Assembly: GCA_043228905.1 (NCBI GenBank)
Contig: JBHGNT010000003.1
Coordinates: 14,818,001 to 14,882,000 of the forward strand
Source of the DNA: Azolla caroliniana
Taxonomy: Eukaryota; Plantae; Polypodiophyta
Direction: 5' to 3'
DNA: 64,000 bases
The notes beneath the pieces are model-generated. The model was given only the letters and a program-made list of their open reading frames with translations. It ran no database searches and was not told where the DNA came from. Positions 27,681 to 37,012 of the stretch are shown in pieces. Every line of letters starts with the position of its first letter. The stretch's first letter is position 1. Position numbers and translations under genes: made by a program.

Positions 27681-30600
27681 AAAGACTTTCTTATTCAACA
27701 AAGCAATAATACAACACCCAACCTTACAAGAAGGTTACAAGGTCACTATATATAGTGACCGACTTAGGGCAACTACCATTTATGCTAATTACACAAATGG
27801 CCCGAAGGGATAGTGTGAATACGTCCATTATACACTTGTATTCGACACTCCCCCGTAATGGGCGTATACATGGGTTATCTAAGATTACAGGTATAAACTT
27901 AGGTTCTCGGACATATCAGTTTTTGTTCGAGTCGGCAGGGTCCGAAGGCAGAAGACCGAACTGGTCGGGTCGGAAGAGTTGAAGCCGATCATTAAGGAAC
28001 TGATGTCGGTTGTCGGAAACCATCCTGCGCTGTGTCCGGCTCTAACCGGACTGGTTTGTCGTTACGCCCATCTGATGCCGAAGAGACCGAAAGCGGTCTG
28101 CCGAAAGACACTTGGTCATTCCATCTGCGACATTGTCGGTTGTGGATATTTTCTCTAGACCGATTTTCCCTGAAATGACGCAGTCCCGAACGAAGTGATA
28201 TCGAACGTCGATATGTTTGGAGGCATTGTGGTGAACCGGATTTTTCGACAAGGCAACAGCACCTTGACTGTCGCTGTAGACAACTGGAGCCGAGTCATGG
28301 TCGACTTGTCGAAACGTGTGCGCCAGCCGACCGAGCCATAAAGCTTCTTTTGCTGCGTCGGACGCAGCTACATATTCTGCTTCGGTCGTTGAGGTCGCTG
28401 TGCACTCCTGAAGTTTCGACTTCCACGAGATTGCTCCATTGCCGAATTTGAAGCAGTATCCGGTTGTTGATTTCCGACTGTCTATACAGCCGGCGAAGTC
28501 CGAGTCGGTGTAACCGACTACGCCTGAGGTTCGGTTCGGACCGAAAAGAATGCCATGGTCTTTTGTGCCAGCCAGATATCTGAACACATGCTTGACTGCG
28601 TTCCAATGCGATCGGCCAGGATTGTGCATAAATCTGCTAACGACTCCTACGGCATGAGAAATATCAGGCCGTGTCGCGACCATCAGGTACATAAGGGAGC
28701 CGACTGCCGGTGCATACGGTACCGACTTCATATCTTCCCCCTCCGGGCCGGATGTCGGGCAGTCTTGCTGAGAGAGCCGAAGATTCATGGGGAGCGGGGT
28801 TGAAGCAGATTTGGCTGATTGCATGTTGAAGCGTTCCAAGACACGTCGGATATAGTCGGTCTGAGACAAAAAAAGATGTCGTTTATCGCGATGCCGACTA
28901 ATCTTCATGCCGAGTATGTGTCGTGCCGGACCGAGGTCCTTCATGGCAAACTTCAACCGCAGTTGCCGAATGAGATCGGCAAGTTCGCTTGCGTGGCGTC
29001 CAGAGATTAGCATGTCGTCCACGTAAATGATGAGGAAGATGGGTGATCCATCTTGAGCTGTGTTGGTGAAGAGACAATGGTCCTCATCGCTTTTTGAGAA
29101 GCCGATCGATTGGATGAAGTCGTCGAACTTCTTGTACCATTGTCGTGGTGCCTGTTTGAGGCCGTATAGACTCTTCCTGAGTCGGCAGACTAGATGTTCT
29201 TGGCCAGTAGCAACGAAGCCTTTTGGCTGCTCCATATAAATTTCCTCTTCAAGATCACCATGGAGGAATGCTGTTTTGACATCTAGCTGAATCAGCTCCA
29301 GGTTGTCGGCTGCCACTACGCCGAGTAGAAAACGAAGGGTTGTCATTTTCACCACTGGTGAAAAAATCTCGTCGAAGTCGACGCCATATTCTTGTCGGAA
29401 GCCCTTCGCAACTAATCTGGCCTTGTACTTTGGGGTGGTCGAATCAGACGTCTCTTTAAGTCGATAAACCCACTTGCAAGGGAGAGCACGTCGATTCTTA
29501 GGTAATTCGACCAGATCCCAAGTCTTGTTTGCCCGAATGGAGTGCATTTCCGACTCCATCGCCAGATGCCAGGTGGCGGAATCGACAGATGTCGATGCTT
29601 CTTCGTAAGACGTCGGTTCGTCGGCATCGGTGAAGAAAATTCCAGGAGAATACCTCTCCGGAGGTTGCGACAGTCTCTCGGATCGTCGAGGTATGAGTGG
29701 ACTGGTCGCATCGGGTATCGAGGTCGGATGGTCCGAAAGCGGATTGTTCTGCTGTGCCGAGTCGGGGTTGTCCGAGTCGGTAGTGTAAGGTTCAGCTACC
29801 CGTGAAGCTGACCGTGTGTTAAGAGCGGGGCCTTCTTGAAGGGTCGGCACATCGGAAAATGTTACCCTTCGGACTTCGATCGGTTTTTCGACTGATGGAT
29901 TCATAGCCGACTCGTTGAACACAACGTCCGAACTTCGAACGATTTGTCTGCGTTCGGGGTCCCAGAGTCGGTATCCCATTTCGCCGTCTGATCCATATCC
30001 AAGGAAAATGCATTTCCTGGACCGAGGTGCAAGTTTTCGGCGATCATCTTTCGGAATGAGGGCGTACGCCTCGCATCCGAAGATCCTCAGCTTGTCGTAA
30101 TTCGGCTTACTGCCGATCCATAGTTCCTGAGGAATTTGAAGTCCTAGAGGTCTACTTGGCGACATATTGATTATGTGTACTGCCGTGAGTAGAGCCTCTG
30201 CCCAGAAGCCATCCGACAGTCCGAAGTGTTGGAGCATGGAAACTATCCTTTCTTGGATTGTCCGATTCATTCGTTCTGCAATCCCGTTTTGCTCCGGGCT
30301 GTGTGGTGCCGTAAATTCACGTCGGATGCCGTGTTGTCGGCAGAATTTGACGAATTCTTCGGATTTGAACTCTCCCCCATTGTCTGTCCGAAGGCATTTC
30401 AGCTTTCGGTCGGTTTGATTTTCTACCATAGCGAGCCAATCGGTGAAGATCGAGAAGACACGATCTTTGGTGCGAATTGGATAAGCCCACACCTTTCGAG
30501 TCGAATCGTCAATAAAATTGACGAAGTAAGAGGCACCGCCTAGAGATTGATGCGGCATTGGGCCACAGACGTCCGAATGGACTAAATCGAGAGGTCTCGT

Positions 30601-32835
30601 TTCTCTTGGTGCTGATGTCGGGTGTGATGCGGCTGCTTGTTTGCCATACTGGCAATGCTCGCAGAATTGATGGTCGGAGAAGGAGAGTTTGGGGATGTAT
30701 CCGGCTCTAGATAGATGCGTAATGCCGGCCTTGCTGAGGTGTCCTAATCTTCGGTGCCATAGTGATGACACAGGAATGTCCACCAAAAACAGGTTACCCT
30801 CTCTGAGCGTAACATGTAACGGATACAGGGAGTGTATCTTGGGTCCTCTAGCAAGCAGGAGGTTCCCCCTGTGGAGTGTCCACCCTCCCGAAGAAAAACC
30901 GGCACGAATGCCGTCTTCATCTAGTTGTCCGACTGAGATCAATGGCCTTGAGAGCTCGGGTACATGTCGGACATTGTGAAGTACAAGTGTAGAGCCACCT
31001 GCAAGGTTGAGCTCTACTGTGCCGATTCCGATGATGTCACAGTGTTGTGAGTTGCCGACTCGAACTGAGTCGGAGTGACGGATCGTATATTGCCGAAATT
31101 GGGATCTATGAGGAGTCACGTGAAATGACGCACCCGAATCCAAGAGCCATGTGCTCGATTCTTCAGTCGTGAGCAGAACTTCTGAGCCGACTGGATTTTC
31201 GATTGATAGTATATTCGGGTCGTTTGGTAGCACATCAGCTGAGAAGCTGACGTAATTGATCTCCTCATGCCGGCCACTCTTCTTGTTGTTCTTGTTCTTG
31301 AGTGCGCGGCAGTCGGCTTTGATGTGTCCGGGTTTCTTGCAATAGTTGCAGATTCGGTTATCCCGTGACTGGCTCCGTCTTCGCTGATTGTTCGGCGGCC
31401 GTGAGGAATCTCTTCCTCGTATGTTCGATCGGTCTGTCGAACCTTGTACTACATAAGCGTCTTCTGTTGAGTCTTTGGCGAAAGACTTTCTCCGAGCTGC
31501 TTCGGTCAGGATTGCGCTCGTGACTTCGGAGTATTTAACAGCCGTGGTTGACGCGTTGCACACAGTTGTGACGAAAGTTTCCCATGATGAGGGAAGGCTG
31601 CTCATGAGTATCATTGCTCTGAGTTCATCCTCGATTGCCGTCCCCTGAGATGAGATTTGGGAGCTGATGCTTTCGTACTCATTGAGGTGTGCTTGAACCG
31701 AATTGGATTCTTTCATCCGCAAGTTGTAGAGGCGCCGGATCAGAAACATCTTTGTTGCGGCGACCTTCTTTTCGTAAGTGTCCGACAGTGTTTTCCACAG
31801 TTCGAATGCTGTCGTACACGATTGCACCGTAAAGTATACCGATTCCGATAGGTGCATCCGAATCGTGGCGCGGACGATTCTGTCCAGCTTCTGCCACTCA
31901 ATTGGTTTGTATCCTTCTGGAGGTTCTTCATTTTCGATGGGATCGATTTGCCCCTTGACTATGAGATAGTCCTGCATTTGTTCCTTCCAGAAGTTGAAGT
32001 TCGATCCATCGAACTTTCGGAGACTCATTTCTGACGAGCCGGATGTTGATGCCATCAAATTTGGTTTCGGTTGACGAAGCTCGGTTCGGAGTTGACTACG
32101 AACCTTGTTGGAGTGCAGCCGGTTGGCTCACCCGATATCGTTCTAGTCGGATTTGAACCCGAGTCGGTTCGGCTTCGGATATATGTATTGTTGAACTTGC
32201 TCGAATTGACTCCGGTAACTTGAGGGACAGAACCGACTGGTCTTCCCGAATGTTGCCGAGTCGGAGTGAGCCCGGTTCGCTTCGGATATATATATGCCGA
32301 ATACCGATTATTGAAACCGATTATCTGGACCGATTCTGCTTCGGGTGGCTGCAGCGACTAGAGAGACAGATCCAACTGATCCTCCCGAATGTCGATCAGC
32401 CGGATGAAGCGCGAATTGGGGTTGTTGTCTTGAGACCGATCTGCACCGAGTGGTTACAACGAGCGGCGAGCAGCGTTTAATGACCTTTTCGGATGCCGTT
32501 TAACCGAGTGGAGCACGATCGTGTCAATGTTGCACAAGGGGATTTCACCTCGAGCGTTGCGATCACAAGGAACGGAGTACAACCGGCTGGCTTACTCCAA
32601 GCGAAGATGATCTAACGCGAAGAGATGCAAGCCTCGTTTTTCTTCTTCTCTCTTCTTCGAATGACGCAGGAAACCGAATGCTGTGCAGGCTGAGACGACG
32701 TCCGACAGCGGATTGAAGGACCGAATACTGTGCAGGCTCTGATACCAGATGTTGGGGACGAGGTCGTCTATGCGGAAGATCAAGGAGCATTCGATTCTGT
32801 TCTGTATACCTGCGTATGACAGATTGTAGGTCGTT

Positions 32836-32871
<36 letters not shown>

Positions 32872-33039
32872 AAAAGACTTTCTTATTCAACAAAGCAATA
32901 ATACAACACCCAACCTTACAAGAAGGTTACAAGGTCACTATATATAGTGACCGACTTAGGGCAACTACCATTTATGCTAATTACACAAATGGCCCGAAGG
33001 GATAGTGTGAATACGTCCATTATACACTTGTATTCGACA
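27556..33039 (-). mobile_element. Intact, very young Ty1/copia element (Tnt1/Tork-like); LTRs 32750-33039 (5') and 27556-27847 (3')
   Basis: TSD GGCCC; LTRs identical by eye except in the (GA)n tract; PBS-Met at 32736-32747; PPT next to 27848; uninterrupted ORF. Confidence 0.97.
28042..32055 (-). CDS. Copia Gag-Pol polyprotein (~1337 aa)
   Basis: FDGSNFNFW gag, CNYCKKPGHIKADC knuckle, WLLDSGAS protease, HHCC plus DDE integrase, YVDD RT, YTDSDFAG..KHIDVRYHF RNase H; no stops. Confidence 0.97.
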   Translation of the reverse strand: MASTSGSSEMSLRKFDGSNFNFWKEQMQDYLIVKGQIDPIENEEPPEGYKPIEWQKLDRIVRATIRMHLSESVYFTVQSCTTAFELWKTLSDTYEKKVAATKMFLIRRLYNLRMKESNSVQAHLNEYESISSQISSQGTAIEDELRAMILMSSLPSSWETFVTTVCNASTTAVKYSEVTSAILTEAARRKSFAKDSTEDAYVVQGSTDRSNIRGRDSSRPPNNQRRRSQSRDNRICNYCKKPGHIKADCRALKNKNNKKSGRHEEINYVSFSADVLPNDPNILSIENPVGSEVLLTTEESSTWLLDSGASFHVTPHRSQFRQYTIRHSDSVRVGNSQHCDIIGIGTVELNLAGGSTLVLHNVRHVPELSRPLISVGQLDEDGIRAGFSSGGWTLHRGNLLLARGPKIHSLYPLHVTLREGNLFLVDIPVSSLWHRRLGHLSKAGITHLSRAGYIPKLSFSDHQFCEHCQYGKQAAASHPTSAPRETRPLDLVHSDVCGPMPHQSLGGASYFVNFIDDSTRKVWAYPIRTKDRVFSIFTDWLAMVENQTDRKLKCLRTDNGGEFKSEEFVKFCRQHGIRREFTAPHSPEQNGIAERMNRTIQERIVSMLQHFGLSDGFWAEALLTAVHIINMSPSRPLGLQIPQELWIGSKPNYDKLRIFGCEAYALIPKDDRRKLAPRSRKCIFLGYGSDGEMGYRLWDPERRQIVRSSDVVFNESAMNPSVEKPIEVRRVTFSDVPTLQEGPALNTRSASRVAEPYTTDSDNPDSAQQNNPLSDHPTSIPDATSPLIPRRSERLSQPPERYSPGIFFTDADEPTSYEEASTSVDSATWHLAMESEMHSIRANKTWDLVELPKNRRALPCKWVYRLKETSDSTTPKYKARLVAKGFRQEYGVDFDEIFSPVVKMTTLRFLLGVVAADNLELIQLDVKTAFLHGDLEEEIYMEQPKGFVATGQEHLVCRLRKSLYGLKQAPRQWYKKFDDFIQSIGFSKSDEDHCLFTNTAQDGSPIFLIIYVDDMLISGRHASELADLIRQLRLKFAMKDLGPARHILGMKISRHRDKRHLFLSQTDYIRRVLERFNMQSAKSASTPLPMNLRLSQQDCPTSGPEGEDMKSVPYAPAVGSLMYLMVATRPDISHAVGVVSRFMHNPGRSHWNAVKHVFRYLAGTKDHGILFGPNRTSGVVGYTDSDFAGCIDSRKSTTGYCFKFGNGAISWKSKLQECTATSTTEAEYVAASDAAKEALWLGRLAHTFRQVDHDSAPVVYSDSQGAVALSKNPVHHNASKHIDVRYHFVRDCVISGKIGLEKISTTDNVADGMTKCLSADRFRSLRHQMGVTTNQSG

Positions 33040-34216
33040 GGCCCTGCTTTCGTAATGAAGCACAAGGCCAATTCGATGACCCTGAACACCTCGAAATCGA
33101 GCGAGGTGTGGTATGTTGATTCCGGAGCGTCAAATCATATGACGAGTCATGAGGAATGGTTCTCGTACTTGGAGTAACTGGTGTCGTGAGGATTTTCGGC
33201 AATGGTGAGAAAACCAAGTGGGATGGATAAAATGGGGGTGTGCAACATTGGACATGCGATTGGATGATTTGTAAAAGAAACAAATGTTAAAAAGGAAGGG
33301 TAAATGTAAGGTGTTAAAAGTGCACTATGAAGATTCATAAAGTGTAAATGTGATGTGCACTTATGTGCACATGCACATGTAGACTAAAGGGAGAGTACAT
33401 GAAGTACGGGTGTAGTGAGTAGTGGGCATAGTGTGTGTGTGTGAGGAGAGGGAGTTAAGGCTCCAACAATCTCTCCTCCTAAGGTCAAGGCCAAATATTC
33501 CCCCATTAAAAGAAGTTGACCTCTTCTTTATGTAATGTGTCTCATCCCTTACTACTATAGAAGGGAGTGAGGGGCCATTTTTGAGGGGCGTCCACTTTTT
33601 GAGTTTCTTTGGGTTGCCATTAGGGTTTCGGAGTTTTGGGTTTTAGGATCTCGTTTTAGGGGTTTCATTCGTCTTCTTCTTCTTCTTCTTCTTCTTCTTC
33701 TTCTTCTTCTTCTTCTTCTTTTCCCCTATCCGGTTAGGGTTTCATCTAGAGGGTTTACATTCGGCCTACACGGCCATGGTTGTAATTGGTGTGGTGCTTT
33801 CCATAATGTATCTTATCTTGTTTAGATCTTATTCGCTTGAATCTTAATCTCTCGCATCTTAATCTTTCTCTTCCTTCTCGGTTGAACTCCCAAGCTTCTC
33901 TCCCTCCTCTTACTCCCTAGTCCAAGACCCCCATGGTCCCATCCTTTCCGACATGTACTTGTGAATTTCTGTGACATTTGGTGAACCCGATGTGAAGGGC
34001 GGGAAGGGAGGACGAGGATGAAAGATTCATTGGAGGTATATGAGTACAAGAAATAGGAGGGGAGACGTTGGCATGAGTTCGATCGATGGGTGGCGTTGTC
34101 GTGACGATTTTCGGCTACGGTGTGAAACCGAGTGAGACGAATAAACCAAGGATGTGCAACATTGCACATGCACTTAGCAAATAAACCTAGCCTAGTGGCA
34201 CTTGAGTTCATACAGA

Positions 34217-34292
34217 GGGGTGCAAGCCAAGCAAGGATTGAACCTTGCACCTCTAACATACAAGATAATTGCCTTACCACTAGGACAACTAT
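34217..34292 (-). promoter_or_regulatory. tRNA-derived module in element B 5' LTR (second copy ~37094-37165)
   Basis: Minus strand reads GTTGTCCTAGTGGTAAGG...GAGGTGCAAGGTTCAATCCTTGC, with an intact T-arm stem GCAAGG/CCTTGC. Confidence 0.65.
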
Positions 34293-34747
34293 CATATAGT
34301 GTAGATTATATGTATTTCCTTTTCATATACAAATTATAGACGAAACAACCATAGAAAACCATGTGCACAAAACCATGGTTTTAAACCCATGGTTTGTGCA
34401 TGACATAAGCAAAACCGTGTGCACAAAACCATGGTTTTAGCCCATGGTTATGTGCATGTCACGAGCATGGAAAGACCTATAAAAGCCTCTAGTTGGGCTT
34501 GTGTAAGGGGGGCTCAATATGTGATATCACCAACACCATTATCATCAATATAATATTTGTCTTTATCTTCTTCATGTTTTTCTACTTCTCAAGTGTACAA
34601 TTTTTCTCCTTCTCAAGTAAACCAATTTCATCTAATCTTACATTGATCGTCATCTAGCATCGATAATTCCGCGATCATCCTCCCCAGTCCAAGACCCCGG
34701 TGGTCGCTCGAGTAGCACACGCACGCGCGAATCTTCGCGACATCATT

Positions 34748-34765
34748 TGGTGAACCCGACGTGAA
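34748..34765 (+). other. Primer-binding site complementary to the tRNA-Trp 3' end
   Basis: TGGTGAACCCGACGTGAA is the reverse complement of the plant tRNA-Trp end (..UUCACGUCGGGUUCA-CCA, from recall). Confidence 0.85.
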
Positions 34766-34786
34766 GAGCAGTAGGGGAGGACAAAG

Positions 34787-37012
34787 ATGGATGGCGAATA
34801 TCTCATGGAGGCAATGTCAAGAAGGATGATGGAGTTTCTGAGAGAAGAGAAAAGAAGAAATGAAGCCCAACAAGCCGTCGACAAAGTAGTCGAACGAATG
34901 AGCTATTTCAACGGTGCCGAAGTCCAAAGTTTCCTAAAAGTCTACAATGCGGAGATGGATTCAAGAGGTGTGGACAAAGCTATGAGGCTGGAGTACTTTT
35001 GTCGGGTGGTGTCTCAACCGATCTTCAAAGATGTAGAAGAGCTTCTAGAAGCTCATGATTCGTGGGCGACTTTCGAGAAGGCTCTATTGGAGGAATATGA
35101 CTATGAGAGACTAAAGGGACAAGATCGACGCAACTTCGACCAATGGGTGACATTAGCGAAGACCTACCAAGGTGCGACACAAGCATTCGTAGACTTCGAG
35201 CATCATTTTTCTCAATTGTCGGAGCGGGAACAAAGATTGGTGGGGGTCGATAAGGTCCTTATGTTCGTGAAGTCAATCGATCGAATGGAAAGGATGGCGA
35301 TCGGCCTCAAACTCGAAGAAGATGATGGTGCAAATGGCCTCATCGAGGATTGGAGCAAAGTGGAAAGTGTATGCCGACTACACGATAAGGGGCAAGCGAG
35401 AATATCGATGACAACAAGACGGCCCATGAGGGACGATCGAAGAGGGACGAGATGCAACAACGCACCACCAACAAAAGAAATGAAGCTTAGAAGGGAGACA
35501 AAACCGAGGCGAATGGTGATTGAGGAAGAAGAGACCTCCCAACAAATGCGGGTTAATGAAGTGGCCGATACAAAGGCTCTGGTTCGGTATGACGGTACCG
35601 AGAGAGAAGGTGTGAAACAAGTCACCTTCTTGTCTTACAAAGAAACGACGGCGAAGGAGGAGGCCGATGACTCGAGGACGGCGAACGCCACTTCGAGGGA
35701 GGATAAATGTTTCGGAACACGCATTGTGTATGAAACATCGGGTGATGACGGCCCAAGCATGAGAAAAGCTTGCATGATCGAGGGAGAAAAAGTGTTTGAG
35801 TCTGAAGAGATTGAGGAGGTAGCCATGACAAACGACATCGAGTCGGAGGTGGCTATGGACGAGTCGACAACGGATAGCCATGTCAAGACTTTCTCCACGA
35901 TTGTTCCAGAGACTTCGGCGGTTGCGCGGGTGTGCCAACGTGAGACCGGAGAGACGGAAGGTGGTGACGGGAAGACAAAGGCCCAACACAAGGAGGAAGA
36001 AGATCGAGGAAGAAAGGATATCCCCACACCTAATCTAGAGACTTCGGCGGTTGTGCACGTGCGCCAACGTGAGACCGGAGAGACGGAATGTGTGGACAAA
36101 AAAGAGGACGACCGGAAGGGCGATGAAGAAGACAAGGTAAATGTGCATGAGCGAAGGGATTCCTTCACACCGGTTCCGGAGACTTCGGCAGTCGAGACCG
36201 TGTGTCGGCATAAGACCGAAGATAAAGGAGGTGGCGAAGAGGAGACAATATGGCTCGAGGCGAGCATACACGGAGGGAAGGATATGGCCGACGTGGAGGC
36301 CAAGGATGAAGCTGCGGTTGAGTTCGATGGAGAGGTTGCATGCGGGAAGGAAGGAAGAGTCGAGAACCGGTTGAACCGGAAGACGATCCGGTCGGGATTC
36401 CGACCCGAACGAAGGAAGATCCACATGGGAGCCGATCGACCGGGGCCGACCCGACCGAAACCTGATTCGGCGAAAATCGATCGGACGATTCCGATCCAAA
36501 AGGGGGCCGACCCAGCTAGAATCAATCGGTCGAGCCCGACTCGGGGAAATGTGAATGCAAACGAAGGCCAAGCAAGCCAAGAAGCGATCGGTGGAGACCG
36601 ATCCGGACAAGGGCAAACCCGGCCTAATCGGAGATCAACACGAACGATCTACAATACCCATTTGAAGACGGTGAGCGTGAGGAGTGGCCAGGAGTCCAAT
36701 CGAAGGACACGCGCGGTGGACGAAGGAAGAGCGGTCGTATCGACGACATCGTTCGGTAGATCTACTACAACCGATCGGGGAAGAAGGTGTGAGCGCCGGA
36801 TATGGTGGATCGGGTGGCTACGGTGGTTCGGTTGGAAAGATTGCGCATACTCGAAGTGGAAGACGAAGTCGAAGAGCGTGCAGAGGAACTCGGTTGATCA
36901 CCGTTGCCAAAGATCTCACCTCTTCACCTTTCTCGGCACATACCGGAGGATGTGCGGGTTTGGTGGGGGTGGATGTCGTGACGATTTTCGGCTACGGTGT
37001 GAAACCGAGTGA
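34787..37012 (+). CDS. 741-aa Gag-like protein of element B: helical capsid-like N-terminus, acidic repeat middle, basic/Trp-rich C-terminus
   Basis: Open ORF starting ~21 nt after the PBS and ending in the 3' LTR. Homologous peptides occur in three other copies in the window. No CCHC, PR, RT or IN motif seen. Confidence 0.75.
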   Translation: MDGEYLMEAMSRRMMEFLREEKRRNEAQQAVDKVVERMSYFNGAEVQSFLKVYNAEMDSRGVDKAMRLEYFCRVVSQPIFKDVEELLEAHDSWATFEKALLEEYDYERLKGQDRRNFDQWVTLAKTYQGATQAFVDFEHHFSQLSEREQRLVGVDKVLMFVKSIDRMERMAIGLKLEEDDGANGLIEDWSKVESVCRLHDKGQARISMTTRRPMRDDRRGTRCNNAPPTKEMKLRRETKPRRMVIEEEETSQQMRVNEVADTKALVRYDGTEREGVKQVTFLSYKETTAKEEADDSRTANATSREDKCFGTRIVYETSGDDGPSMRKACMIEGEKVFESEEIEEVAMTNDIESEVAMDESTTDSHVKTFSTIVPETSAVARVCQRETGETEGGDGKTKAQHKEEEDRGRKDIPTPNLETSAVVHVRQRETGETECVDKKEDDRKGDEEDKVNVHERRDSFTPVPETSAVETVCRHKTEDKGGGEEETIWLEASIHGGKDMADVEAKDEAAVEFDGEVACGKEGRVENRLNRKTIRSGFRPERRKIHMGADRPGPTRPKPDSAKIDRTIPIQKGADPARINRSSPTRGNVNANEGQASQEAIGGDRSGQGQTRPNRRSTRTIYNTHLKTVSVRSGQESNRRTRAVDEGRAVVSTTSFGRSTTTDRGRRCERRIWWIGWLRWFGWKDCAYSKWKTKSKSVQRNSVDHRCQRSHLFTFLGTYRRMCGFGGGGCRDDFRLRCETE

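Noticed and set aside
34345-34470. CRISPR-like array
   Set aside because: Two tandem units without unique spacers, inside a eukaryotic LTR, with no cas genes.
35635-36616. Long antisense ORFs (296 and 193 aa; similarly 47984-48790 and 51295-52113)
   Set aside because: Shadows of purine- or GC-rich sense ORFs with no recognisable domains.
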